From an uncultured virus (IMG/VR IMGVR_UViG_3300015607_004939) (lineage: Duplodnaviria; Heunggongvirae; Uroviricota; Caudoviricetes), in the IMG/VR virus record IMGVR_UViG_3300015607_004939: a stretch of 58,976 nt of DNA; one strand, written 5' to 3'. Below the pieces are notes generated by a model. The model ran no database searches. It was given only the letters and a program-made list of their open reading frames with translations, and was not told the origin of the DNA. This document shows positions 38,585-47,855 of the stretch, in pieces. How positions within the stretch are numbered: the stretch's first letter is position 1; every line of letters starts with the position of its first letter. Made by a program: the position numbers and the translations under genes.

Positions 38585-40149
38585 CGCAGGACCGTCTTCA
38601 CTTTCTCGAAGTCCTCGGGGGAGAGTCGGGTCTTCAAGTTGTAATAGTCACGCGTCGCGGCGCCCTGCCGCTTGGCGATACGGCCGAGTACCTCGTGCAT
38701 CCAAGGAACGTCCGAAGCGCTCATGGTGGCGAGCATCGAGGGGGCCGGCGCGGGCTTGTATTCCTCGGGGTGATCCACCGCCTGTCGAACTTGATCGCGA
38801 AAACGATTCTGTCGCCAACCCACGTCGTGTCCATCCGCACGAGATCCGAAGTGCGAGTTGACCAGAGTGGACGCAAGGTTGCTCACATAGGCGGGCATCA
38901 TGTTGTGCCGGTTGAAACCGGTGGCGGCGTAGGTCAGGGCCGACGCGGCGACTGCCGTCCCGAGAGTGCCGTAGAGGTTAGCCTTGGCGTAAGGGTTGTC
39001 CGGGTCGGCGTTCCCTTCCTGCACTGCGCGGCGTCTCGCAGCCTCATTGACAAGGGTTGTCACGGGGGTCGCCGCGTGGAAACCCAGATTGAAAGCCAGC
39101 GGTAAGGCCGACGCGGTCTTCTCCGGTTCCCCCTCGGGGTTCGGGTGTGAGAGAGCCTCGTTCTTGGCCGAATAACGTCCGTACCCGTGGAGGAGCATCG
39201 GAAGAAGCGTCGCCGCCGCAGCCGCCCCGCCCCACATGCGCCGGGGGTTCAACACGCCGTGCGTACGGCGCGAAAGCCGCTGCCAAAGCCCTTCCTGTGG
39301 AAGCGAGGACATCTCGCGCAGGTAGGTCGCCGCGTCCGTGGCGCCGTTCGGGAGCAAGGCGCGCTGTACTCGCATGGGAGCGGCGTTGGGCGTGATGAGC
39401 CGACGGATCTTCTCCTCCACGCGACGGTGCACGCGACCGCCCATGGGCGGGACGTAGTTGCCGAACCCGCCCGCGTTGCGGAGCATCTTGTTGACCTTGG
39501 CGTCCTCGCCGCCGCGCAGACGCAGGTTCTCGAGAAGCTCTTGAGCCGCCGGGTCCTTCGTGGCCATGCGTTCGGCGAGGATCGGCAGGAGACCCGCGTG
39601 CGACGCCTGCGAAGATGACGGCGTCTTGCCCGTCATCTGGGCCCACAACTGGACCCCCTCGGCTCGCTCATGATCGACGATGGCCTTGCGGATCGGGCCG
39701 TTGGAGGCGGGGTCCCGCAAGCGCGCGGGGGAGTTGAGATCCGAGTGAATGACGTCCGGCCCGTCTTCCCCCATGAAGATCATCCCGGCCAGGTTGGCCG
39801 GGCCCGCCACGGGAAGGTTCCGATTGACCAGGGGACCGTGCTTGGCGAACTGGTCGACTTGCAGCGCGTTGAGCCGCTGGTGCCGCGCCAAGGGCGAACC
39901 GGGCTGCAACACGTGCGTGGTGCTCGTCACGGGGCCGAGCTCGGGCGCGTAGCTCTGCATGGACCGACGCGTTTCGCGGGTGACCAACCACGACGGCAAC
40001 TTCGCCCTCTGGTGGTCGGGGTTCTCGCCCGGGGAGGCGATCCCGTACCCAATACGCGACCGGTCGGACGGGCTCAGGTTGCCCGACCGCTCCTCGACCT
40101 GCCAACGCGCGAGGGCCCGCTTCTCGAACCGCTGATAAAGATCCGTCAT
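38581..40149 (-). CDS. KxA putative virion protein with HExxE segment and hydrophobic C-terminal half
   Basis: ATG 40149 (ATGA overlap); EKRA, EKTA; VDHERAE..ASHAG. Confidence 0.65.
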   Translation of the reverse strand: MTDLYQRFEKRALARWQVEERSGNLSPSDRSRIGYGIASPGENPDHQRAKLPSWLVTRETRRSMQSYAPELGPVTSTTHVLQPGSPLARHQRLNALQVDQFAKHGPLVNRNLPVAGPANLAGMIFMGEDGPDVIHSDLNSPARLRDPASNGPIRKAIVDHERAEGVQLWAQMTGKTPSSSQASHAGLLPILAERMATKDPAAQELLENLRLRGGEDAKVNKMLRNAGGFGNYVPPMGGRVHRRVEEKIRRLITPNAAPMRVQRALLPNGATDAATYLREMSSLPQEGLWQRLSRRTHGVLNPRRMWGGAAAAATLLPMLLHGYGRYSAKNEALSHPNPEGEPEKTASALPLAFNLGFHAATPVTTLVNEAARRRAVQEGNADPDNPYAKANLYGTLGTAVAASALTYAATGFNRHNMMPAYVSNLASTLVNSHFGSRADGHDVGWRQNRFRDQVRQAVDHPEEYKPAPAPSMLATMSASDVPWMHEVLGRIAKRQGAATRDYYNLKTRLSPEDFEKVKTVLR

Positions 40150-40679
40150 ACGCCGTACGGCCCCCAGTTGGTGAGGCCGCGCGCCGACCCGTAGAGCCCC
40201 GACCCGGTGAAGGCGTACCCGCTCGGCATCCCGCCGTAGACCGACTCCATGTTGCGCTGGGTCTTCACGGCCCTGGCGAGCTCGTCCCACTTGTTCCACA
40301 GGGCGGCGGACGCCTGGAGGTAGGCCCCGTGCTTGTCGTCGATGCCGATCTGCGGCACGTCCGCGTCGGCCACCGTCGCCTGATTGCGTAGCTGGCGGAA
40401 GGACTCCGACCACAGGAGGTGCGCGGCAGCCCCGTAGAGGAGCAGCACGCGCGGCAGCATGTCCACGTTGATGGGCGTGATCGGGGTCATCGCGTTGTAG
40501 CGGTCGACGGCGCCCTGGATCCCCGCGTCCACGTCGTCGTCCGAGAACTCGACGCCGTCGAGGAGCGTGTTGATGACGCCGGTCTTCGGGATGTAGCCGG
40601 GCGGGAAGTCCCGCATCCAGCGTCGGACCTCGTCGCGCGTCAGGATGCGCGGGCTCGTGGGGGTGGCGATGACGGGCAT
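40146..40679 (-). CDS. Putative head-tail adaptor
   Basis: LTRDEVRRWMRD..NTLLDGVEFSDDDV..LLLYGAAAHLL helical pattern of gp6/gp15-type adaptors. Confidence 0.55.
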   Translation of the reverse strand: MPVIATPTSPRILTRDEVRRWMRDFPPGYIPKTGVINTLLDGVEFSDDDVDAGIQGAVDRYNAMTPITPINVDMLPRVLLLYGAAAHLLWSESFRQLRNQATVADADVPQIGIDDKHGAYLQASAALWNKWDELARAVKTQRNMESVYGGMPSGYAFTGSGLYGSARGLTNWGPYGV

Positions 40680-40680
40680 G

Positions 40681-40968
40681 TCAGAACCTCGGGGCGCGGC
40701 CGGTGTAGCCCTGCGCCTGCCCCTGCGCGATCCGGGAGATCAGCTCCTGCATCTCGGGGTCGAAGCCTTGGTGTCGGGACATCTCGGCTTGCGCGTCGCG
40801 AACGTGGCGGCCGACCTGAGTCATGGCGTCGTCGGCCTTGTTGCCCGCGTACGTCAGAAGGCCCCCTCCCGTGCCGCCGATCACCGCACCCACGCCCGCC
40901 CCCTGGAGGGTGGACTTGCGAACCCGATCCCAGTCGATGGGGTCTCCGAGCTGACGGGCGACGCTCAC
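40681..40968 (-). CDS. Small glycine-zipper protein
   Basis: GAGVGAVIGGTGGGLL; GTGA-coupled. Confidence 0.55.
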   Translation of the reverse strand: MSVARQLGDPIDWDRVRKSTLQGAGVGAVIGGTGGGLLTYAGNKADDAMTQVGRHVRDAQAEMSRHQGFDPEMQELISRIAQGQAQGYTGRAPRF

Positions 40969-41354
40969 GGCCCGCTCCCGAGGGCGCCGAGGATGCCGGT
41001 GCGGATCGCCCCGCCGAGGATACCCGAGGCGTAGGACGTTCGCAGCGGCCCGGCCTTCTTCACGAGTCCGTACCGAGCCAGCACCTCGTGGGCGATCTTC
41101 TCCGACTGGCTGGTCCGGTCGCCCACCAGCTCGTTGGCCACCGTGTGGTTCATCTCCCCGGGGTCGGCGTCCGGCGTCTTGATCGCGCGGTGGATCCCGT
41201 AGCCCGCGAACGGCAGGCTCATGGCGAGGAGCGCATACGGCCCCTTGTGCGCGAGCACGTGGTCCTTCGCCTTGCGAAGGGCCTCGCCCACGACCGTGAC
41301 GTCGGGGGCCGTGGGGGCCGAGTAGCTGGTGTTGAGAAGGTCCGCCGCGTTCAT
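40965..41354 (-). CDS. Small protein with LARYGLVKKA motif
   Basis: GAGGA RBS, ATG 41354; one hydrophobic helix. Confidence 0.6.
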   Translation of the reverse strand: MNAADLLNTSYSAPTAPDVTVVGEALRKAKDHVLAHKGPYALLAMSLPFAGYGIHRAIKTPDADPGEMNHTVANELVGDRTSQSEKIAHEVLARYGLVKKAGPLRTSYASGILGGAIRTGILGALGSGP

Positions 41355-41361
41355 TCGTTCC

Positions 41362-42291
41362 TCACAGGTAGGGGAAGTGCGCCTCGCGTCGAAGATCCAT
41401 CCGAACAATGCCCGCGAGGTGCACGTCCGTCGTCACATAGAAGCACCACCCGGCCGGCAGCATGATGCGCACGTCCGACAGGCACACGTCCGGGGCCGAG
41501 GTCGTGAGCGCGTCGAAGATGAAGACCGCGACGGCCTCGTTCACCACGGGCTCGAACACGTCGTTCATGGGCGCGCGCCACAGGGTGCACGTGTGGGTTC
41601 CGCTCGCGATCGTGAAGCGGGCCTCGAACTGCCGCAGAACGATCGTGTCATCGTTCTCCGGCGAGAAGAACCCCAACTGGGTGTTGTTGGGCTGCCAGAC
41701 GTAGGTGCCCTTCCGGCCCACGGGCATCACCTCCCACCACGAGGGTGAGCTCTCGGGCGGGTGGTTCAGGTTCGGGCCTTGGATCGCGCGGTAACACACC
41801 CCGTAGCGGACCACGTCCTGGTGCAGGCTGTACGTCGTGCCCGACGACCACGCGTCCGCCGTGGGCGTGCCCCACGAGGCCACACCCCCGGTAAGGGCCG
41901 TCGCCGCCACGGCCGCGACTACCCCCGTCCCGTCGCCGTTGGGCACGGCCCTGATGGGGCACCTCTCCTGGGCGTTGATCGCCTGCGCCACCTCCTGACC
42001 CGTCGCCAGGACCGAGCCCGTGGACAGGCGCCGGAGCGTCACCTTCACGGCGGTCCCCACGACCTCGACGACCGTCGCGGGCACCGCCACCCCGGTCCCA
42101 CGGTCGATGAACTCCAGGGTGAGGGCGTTGGCGAGGGGGCCGTAGAGGCGCGCCGCCGCCCGGACCGTGGCATTGGGGTCGGCGTTGGTGATCGTCACCC
42201 GCGCCCGGCCGTGGTCCGAGCCGCTGAAGTACCCCGTGCCGCGAGCCACGTGCTGGATGATGAACGAGGTTCCGAGTGCGCTGGGGTACAT
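41362..42291 (-). CDS. Putative virion protein with sheath-like module and CBM5/12-like insert
   Basis: AARLYGPLANALTL..VAQAINA; WSSGTTY..VVRYGVCYRA..PPESSPSWW. Confidence 0.6.
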   Translation of the reverse strand: MYPSALGTSFIIQHVARGTGYFSGSDHGRARVTITNADPNATVRAAARLYGPLANALTLEFIDRGTGVAVPATVVEVVGTAVKVTLRRLSTGSVLATGQEVAQAINAQERCPIRAVPNGDGTGVVAAVAATALTGGVASWGTPTADAWSSGTTYSLHQDVVRYGVCYRAIQGPNLNHPPESSPSWWEVMPVGRKGTYVWQPNNTQLGFFSPENDDTIVLRQFEARFTIASGTHTCTLWRAPMNDVFEPVVNEAVAVFIFDALTTSAPDVCLSDVRIMLPAGWCFYVTTDVHLAGIVRMDLRREAHFPYL

Positions 42292-42315
42292 GGATCTCCC
42301 CTTAGTCTAGAGGCG

Positions 42316-42328
42316 TACGCCGTACTCT
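42316..42328 (+). promoter_or_regulatory. Palindrome fused to -10 box (candidate leaderless promoter)
   Basis: TACGCCG-TACTCT-N5-ATG 42334. Confidence 0.6.
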
Positions 42329-42333
42329 TGGGC

Positions 42334-43497
42334 ATGCTGGTCAGCCGACGCTCAAACCTGCCGCTCTCGCGCATCGCCCCGCTCGCCAACGGCGAGAGCA
42401 TCAACGGCACGAACACCGGGGGGTCGGACTCTGCGCTCGTCACCAACGACGCGGACGCGCCGGGGCTGGTGCTCGGGGACACGAACCGCCTGATCGTCGC
42501 GGCGGGGCGGTTCGCGCTCATGGGCGGCAACACGGGCGGCCTGAACCTCCCGACCTACACCTCCGGTCAGATCGCCTCGATCACGGGCAAATCCGAGGGC
42601 CTGACGATCTGGAACGCCTCGACGCACCTGCCGAACTTCTGGAACGGGTCGGCCTGGATCGCCGGGGACGGGTCGGGGGGCGCGGCCCTGCCGGACCCCG
42701 GGTCCGGTACGGCGTACGCCGTCCCCTACTCGAACGGAGCAGGGTCCTACCTCCTCTCCCCGGCCCCAGGCGGCAACACGAACGTGGCGCTCGCCGTGAA
42801 CGACGCAGGCAACGCCCTCCAGTGGCGTCGCTACATGCCGGCCACGCTCGTCTACGGAACGAACTTCCTCCCCAAGGACACCGGCCTCTACATCGGGGCC
42901 AACGACGGCACGGCCACATTCTCGGTCTACGGACAGGGGGCGTACGTCAGCCAGGGCTCGACCATCCTCAAGCTGCGATCGAAGCTCTCGCCCACGGCCG
43001 ACCCCACGCAGCTCCAGGTGGGGTCGAGCGACGGCTACTACGGGGCAATGGAGGTATGGGCCGCCGGCAAGGGCTTCTACGTGTACAGCGGGTCCAACCT
43101 CAGCACGCCACGGTCCTTCTGGTGGATGGTCGACGACGTTGCGATGGTGTCCAACGTACCCATCGACAGCCGGGCCGGGGACGTCGTCATCAACGGGGAC
43201 ACCGTCACCCTCGCACTGCCGGTGGGCAAGAGCGCCGCGTGCTATGAAGTCGTCATCACAGGCAATGACGGCAGTGACGCGCGCTACGTCCTGCCCGCGA
43301 TCATCTCCATGGTTCGTCGGGATGACGGCACCATCGAAGGCACACTCACTCCGCTCCCCTCCCACCCAGCGACCGCCCCAGCCTGGGTCACCGAACCCGT
43401 GGTGGACTCTGGCACGAACAGCGCGGTCATCACCCTCGCCCCCTCCAGCGCCACCTGGAGGACCAGCGTGCGCGCCCGCGCACTCACCAATGTGTGA
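42334..43497 (+). CDS. Putative tail fibre/appendage protein
   Basis: LPTYTSGQI..EGLTIWNAST..FWNGSAW fibre-type motif; G/S/T/N-rich. Confidence 0.6.
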   Translation: MLVSRRSNLPLSRIAPLANGESINGTNTGGSDSALVTNDADAPGLVLGDTNRLIVAAGRFALMGGNTGGLNLPTYTSGQIASITGKSEGLTIWNASTHLPNFWNGSAWIAGDGSGGAALPDPGSGTAYAVPYSNGAGSYLLSPAPGGNTNVALAVNDAGNALQWRRYMPATLVYGTNFLPKDTGLYIGANDGTATFSVYGQGAYVSQGSTILKLRSKLSPTADPTQLQVGSSDGYYGAMEVWAAGKGFYVYSGSNLSTPRSFWWMVDDVAMVSNVPIDSRAGDVVINGDTVTLALPVGKSAACYEVVITGNDGSDARYVLPAIISMVRRDDGTIEGTLTPLPSHPATAPAWVTEPVVDSGTNSAVITLAPSSATWRTSVRARALTNV

Positions 43498-43574
43498 CAG
43501 GAATCCCCAGTCACTATACTTTCCAGAGTGGACCGGGGCAACGTGCCACAAGTGGTCCCAAGGAGTACGCGTAC

Positions 43575-44252
43575 ATGGGTCGTTTCAACACCAATCACAT
43601 CGCCTCTTCGTCCGCCGTCAGCGCCGCCGTGTTGGGCCTCGCATCCGCCGCCAGCGTCGACGCGCTGGCGGCGGACCTGCTGGCCGGGGCGGGGCGCCCC
43701 CTGCTCCTCGCGCCGACCGACTACTCGGGCACGGGCGCCGATCAGGACGCCGCGCTGACGATGCCCTCGGGCCTCTCGATCAGCAGCGGCTCCAAGGCGC
43801 GCATCAAGGGCACCGCGCTCGTTCGGACGCAGGGCACCGGCCTGCGGCTCGCGGAGATCGCCTTCGACAACCTCGTCGTGGAGTGCAAAGTCTTCCCGGC
43901 CTGGAACTCCACGGACCAGGGTGCGGGCACCTACGACACCGGCTGGCGCGTGACCAACGAAGGCCACGCGTGGCAGTCCATGGTGAGCAACAACGCGACC
44001 GAGCCCACCGTGGCGAGCCACGCCGGCTGGACCGACCTCGGCGCGGGCGTCAAGGGGGCCTGGGACGAGGTCCGTGCGGCGGACGTCTCGGTCATCACCG
44101 AGACGGGCTACGACACCTACTTCGCCGACGCCGGTGACCTCCCCACCCTCGGCGACTCGGGTGGCTCGCTCGCGCTGACCTTCAACGCCATCAACGGCCA
44201 GAACGTCCGCATCGAGTTCGACGGCACCATCGCGTCCATCGGCTCGAACTGA
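43575..44252 (+). CDS. Putative virion protein with CBM5/12-like insert
   Basis: AAGGAG RBS; WNS..TYDTGWRVTNEGHAWQS..NNATEP..W. Confidence 0.55.
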   Translation: MGRFNTNHIASSSAVSAAVLGLASAASVDALAADLLAGAGRPLLLAPTDYSGTGADQDAALTMPSGLSISSGSKARIKGTALVRTQGTGLRLAEIAFDNLVVECKVFPAWNSTDQGAGTYDTGWRVTNEGHAWQSMVSNNATEPTVASHAGWTDLGAGVKGAWDEVRAADVSVITETGYDTYFADAGDLPTLGDSGGSLALTFNAINGQNVRIEFDGTIASIGSN

Positions 44253-44284
44253 TCCTCCGGTAGGCGCGCTGCGAGATCGACCAC

Positions 44285-44470
44285 GTGGCGCGCTTCACTA
44301 CCCACATCATCCCCACCGCTCAGTACCTCGCGGACGCCCGCGCCCGTGTCGCGGACCTTCAGGCTCAGCTCGACGCGGCCAAGGCCCGACTCGCCGAGAT
44401 CGAGGCCAGCCTGCCGGCCGGCAAGCTCGCCCATTCCGCCGGCACGGCCCCCAAGCCGAAGAAGAAGTAG
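44285..44470 (+). CDS. Small coiled-coil protein
   Basis: Heptad pattern, basic tail, TAG stop. Confidence 0.55.
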   Translation: MARFTTHIIPTAQYLADARARVADLQAQLDAAKARLAEIEASLPAGKLAHSAGTAPKPKKK

Positions 44471-44475
44471 CCAGC

Positions 44476-45183
44476 CTACTCGGTCGAGCCGCCGCCCTTG
44501 CCCGGGTTGCTCGGGCGCACAGGCGAGAACGGCGGGCGCGCTCCGGCCTGCACCCCCAGGACGGGCGTCGGGGCCCTGGCCCCCGCCTGCACACCGCGCA
44601 CGGGCGGGGGGCCGTGGAACATGTCCGAGCGCATGTCGATCACGGCCAGGATGTGGGCGATGTTCGCCGCCATCTCCTGCCTGAACTCGCTCTCGTCCTC
44701 GTTGCGCCGACGGAGCAGTGTCTTGATGTCCTCCAGCTCGCGCGTGACCGGTGCGATGGCTGCGGTGACGCCCACGCGGATCTCCTTGTGGATGAGCCCA
44801 TCGTCGCGGCGAACGTGGTTGTCGATCTCCTCGAAGATGAACTGCTTGCGGATCTTGACCTGCTCGGGCGAGACGTGCCACGCGGCGAGCGTGGTTTCGG
44901 TCTCCTTCTTGCGAGCTTCGACATGAACCTGTTGCCCCCACCACGCATCGCGGGCTTGGTCTCCTTCGATCTTGCGGGCCTTGATCTGCGCATCGCTCGT
45001 GTACCAGGAGATCCATGCCGCCTGCACAAGCGGCTCGACGGTGTGAGCCCAAAGCCCCCGGAAGAGCAGTATGGCTAGGAAGCCGAGAAGCCCGAAAGCC
45101 GCCGCAAGGGTCAGAACCCCAGCGATGACGTTGGCCGGGGTCCAAGGGGACTCGTTGGCCAGCAAGAGTGTCGTCGGGTACAT
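44476..45183 (-). CDS. Membrane protein with N-terminal TM helix and coiled coil
   Basis: ATG 45183; VIAGVLTLAAAFGLLGFLAILLF; GVQAGAR repeated; lysis role possible but unproven. Confidence 0.6.
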   Translation of the reverse strand: MYPTTLLLANESPWTPANVIAGVLTLAAAFGLLGFLAILLFRGLWAHTVEPLVQAAWISWYTSDAQIKARKIEGDQARDAWWGQQVHVEARKKETETTLAAWHVSPEQVKIRKQFIFEEIDNHVRRDDGLIHKEIRVGVTAAIAPVTRELEDIKTLLRRRNEDESEFRQEMAANIAHILAVIDMRSDMFHGPPPVRGVQAGARAPTPVLGVQAGARPPFSPVRPSNPGKGGGSTE

Positions 45184-45190
45184 CCCCAAA

Positions 45191-45203
45191 AGAATACGGC
45201 GTA
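45191..45203 (-). promoter_or_regulatory. Palindrome fused to -10 box (candidate leaderless promoter)
   Basis: TACGCCG-TATTCT-N7-ATG 45183. Confidence 0.6.
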
Positions 45204-45214
45204 CGAGCCCTACC

Positions 45215-45511
45215 TCAGACCGGCTGCCGAACCATCTCCTCACGCGAGAAGATCCCGGAAACCGGACCCGCAGGCTCCCAGTTGATGAGAACGCCACGCT
45301 CCGATTGCCAGAAGTAGACCTTCTGTCCGGCAACGCTCAGGCTCACGGAGGTAAGGGTCAACCCCTGCGTTCGCTTCTCCAGGTCCACGAGTGCGTCACG
45401 ATATAGGTCCGCATGGTCTACCTGTTCCGGGTCGATTGGCACGGAAAGCATGAGATGACCGCCCTCGAAGAATGCGAGGCCACGGAGAACGCGCGGCACG
45501 GCGGTGGACAT
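45215..45511 (-). CDS. Hypothetical protein
   Basis: ORF between HNH and membrane gene; start 45511 or 45451. Confidence 0.45.
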   Translation of the reverse strand: MSTAVPRVLRGLAFFEGGHLMLSVPIDPEQVDHADLYRDALVDLEKRTQGLTLTSVSLSVAGQKVYFWQSERGVLINWEPAGPVSGIFSREEMVRQPV

Positions 45512-45520
45512 GCCGTAAGG

Positions 45521-45811
45521 CTAGTCAAAGAGTTCGGAAAGTTCGGCATCATCGGCCGCCGCTTCGTGCGCGTCACCCCTCCTGTGGGTCGTGCGCGTCC
45601 TGTGGCAGACGGCGCAAACGACTTCGCACTTGGCAACCTCGGCAAGCAGCTCGTCGGTCGATAAGTGGAGGAGTTCCGAGACGTTGCCACGTTTCACGCC
45701 GAAAACGTGGTCGAACTCCATCGCCTCCGTGGGAAAGCGAGTGTGGCAATCTTGACAAGGGGCGCTCTTCAAGTGTGTCAAAAGAGCACGGTTGAACGCT
45801 CGTCGATTCAT
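45521..45811 (-). CDS. HNH endonuclease-like protein
   Basis: PCQDC..MEFDH..EVAKCEVVCAVCHRTRT. Confidence 0.8.
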   Translation of the reverse strand: MNRRAFNRALLTHLKSAPCQDCHTRFPTEAMEFDHVFGVKRGNVSELLHLSTDELLAEVAKCEVVCAVCHRTRTTHRRGDAHEAAADDAELSELFD

Positions 45812-45852
45812 GTTCGCCGTCAGCTCTCATGGCCACAGAAAAGGTGTGGCGA

Positions 45853-45879
45853 GCGGCGACGGGGTGACCCCGTCGCCGC
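45853..45879. terminator. GC-rich intergenic hairpin
   Basis: GCGGCGACGGGG-TGA-CCCCGTCGCCGC; no U tract. Confidence 0.45.
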
Positions 45880-46000
45880 CCTCCCCATCTACCGCCCTAC
45901 GCGCTTCTCGGGCGTCTGACAGGTCGTGCGCCGATGTGCGGGGCGCCGCAGAAGATGCAGTTCGGTCCCTCGCGGCCGGTGACGACTCACGTGGCCTCGG

Positions 46001-46726
46001 TCAATCGGTACGCCATAAGTCCTCCTCGTCCTCGTCGAAGTCCCAGTGCTCGACCACGTCGTGGTAGCCCATGAGCCCGGGGTTCGTCGAGTGCTCCTCG
46101 CAGATGATGTAGCCGCAGCCGTGGCAGTGGTCCTCGTCGGGGTTCACGGGGTTCTTGCAGCCCAGGTAGGCGCACCTCACCTCGCCCGGCTTCGAGGGGG
46201 TGTCCGGGAGTTCCTCGCCGATCGGGACCTCGGAGACCTCGTTCCAGTCCTGCTCGGCGGCCGTGACGTCGCCCGCGTCGAGGAGCTGTTCGATGGTGCG
46301 GGCGTTCTCCGGCTCCTTCTCGTGTAGCGAGGGGAGGCCGATGGTGCGGAGCCAGTGTTCCTTCACGTGGTCGTCGAGGTACTCGCGGTCCTTGTCCTCC
46401 TCGGTCTTCTCGTTGAGCAGGCGCGCCCGCAGGTTGTACTTGCGCGAGAAGAAGGACCACTTGCCCGACCAGAGGGCGAAGTTGCCGTCGTGGTTGTTGA
46501 CGATGATCGCGCGGTCGCCGTGGCGGGCCACCACGGCGAAGCCCTTGTTGGGCATCGTGTAGAGAGACTTGGGGTCCTCGCGCCGGACGAGCTCGGAGTT
46601 CGCGAGCTTGTCCCACGCCGCCTCCTCGGTAATGTCACAGAGGCGCAGGGCCTCGCCGTCCGCCTCGCCGCCCTCCGTGCCCGTGAAGTCCTGGATGTAG
46701 CATCCGTCACACTTGAATATGAACAT
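46001..46726 (-). CDS. Hypothetical protein with C-terminal Zn finger
   Basis: GGAGG RBS; CAYLGC..CHGCGYIICEEH. Confidence 0.65.
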   Translation of the reverse strand: MFIFKCDGCYIQDFTGTEGGEADGEALRLCDITEEAAWDKLANSELVRREDPKSLYTMPNKGFAVVARHGDRAIIVNNHDGNFALWSGKWSFFSRKYNLRARLLNEKTEEDKDREYLDDHVKEHWLRTIGLPSLHEKEPENARTIEQLLDAGDVTAAEQDWNEVSEVPIGEELPDTPSKPGEVRCAYLGCKNPVNPDEDHCHGCGYIICEEHSTNPGLMGYHDVVEHWDFDEDEEDLWRTD

Positions 46727-46803
46727 GGGGAACCTCCGAAGTCTTTTACCGTGTGGGGTGGACAGGATTGACCTGATCGGCTAAGAAGGATAGCCTCCGG
46801 TTC

Positions 46804-47382
46804 ATGCGACACCTACTGCGTCAGGTGAGCCGGTTCTTCCCGAAGTTCGTCATGCATGGGGGCGACCATACGCCGTACCTGAGCCGCTACCGGATCTTCG
46901 AGACGCCCGACTACCGCCTGTTCCTCCACCAGTTCCACCGGGGCGACTCCGACCGCGAGGTGCACAACCACCCCTGGAGCTGGGCCATGTCGCTGATCCT
47001 CTCCGGGGGATACGAGGAGGAGTGCGTCGTCGAGGGCCTGCACCTCTCGTCCGAGGACGGGTGGCTCTTGGACGCCCTGCACACGACGAAGCGCTTCTTC
47101 GGGCCGGGATCGGTCAACTGGATCGACACCGAGACCTACCACCGTGTCACGCTCCCTCACGGCGAGGCGTGGTCCCTCATCCTCTCCGGGCCCAAAACGG
47201 CTTCCTGGGGCTTCGTGCGCCTGTCGGACTGGAAGTACACGCCCTGGCGCGAGTTCATCCGCCAGAAGGGCCTGGACCCCAAGGAGGGCCCGTCGCGCTG
47301 GTCGGAGCCCGAGACCACGCTGCGACGGGAGGTCGAGAAGTGGTTGCTGGCGCGCCTCAACGCGTACGCGGAGGCGTCATGA
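46804..47382 (+). CDS. Cupin-fold protein
   Basis: LHQFHRGDSDREVHNHPW..SLILSGGYEE..YHRV. Confidence 0.75.
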   Translation: MRHLLRQVSRFFPKFVMHGGDHTPYLSRYRIFETPDYRLFLHQFHRGDSDREVHNHPWSWAMSLILSGGYEEECVVEGLHLSSEDGWLLDALHTTKRFFGPGSVNWIDTETYHRVTLPHGEAWSLILSGPKTASWGFVRLSDWKYTPWREFIRQKGLDPKEGPSRWSEPETTLRREVEKWLLARLNAYAEAS

Positions 47383-47531
47383 CACCGGATGGCCGACCGG
47401 CTCGCCGTTCGTCTGTCCGAGATCTTCGCGTATGGGCCAACAACTCTCCGTCCGTCTGTAAGACCGTCCTGTCGTGGCTCCCGAAGGCTGTTCGGGACAA
47501 CCTTGACATCATCCGCAACCAGGAGTGATCC

Positions 47532-47855
47532 GTGAAGACCGAATCCGACGTTACGCCGTACGCCCGGCTCTCCCCTCTCGCCCAGAAGATCCTGGACCTC
47601 CTCCGGTCCGAGACGGACGAGGACGCCGCCGACGCCATCGGCGTCGCCTTCAGCCACCTCGTGAAGGACCGGTTCGACGTGCCGCGCCTCGGGTGCGACT
47701 ACGCCTTCGTCGACACCGTCCTCCAGGACAAGACCCTCGGCGCGATGCACGTGCGGGCGATCGTGCTGCGGCAGATCCCGGCCGTGGACCGCGAGAGGAA
47801 GTACGCGACGGGCGAGGAGGCGGGCGCCGATCCGCCGGCCAAGGAGGAGCCGTGA
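47532..47855 (+). CDS. Hypothetical protein
   Basis: AGGAG RBS; protein-like ORF. Confidence 0.55.
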   Translation: MKTESDVTPYARLSPLAQKILDLLRSETDEDAADAIGVAFSHLVKDRFDVPRLGCDYAFVDTVLQDKTLGAMHVRAIVLRQIPAVDRERKYATGEEAGADPPAKEEP

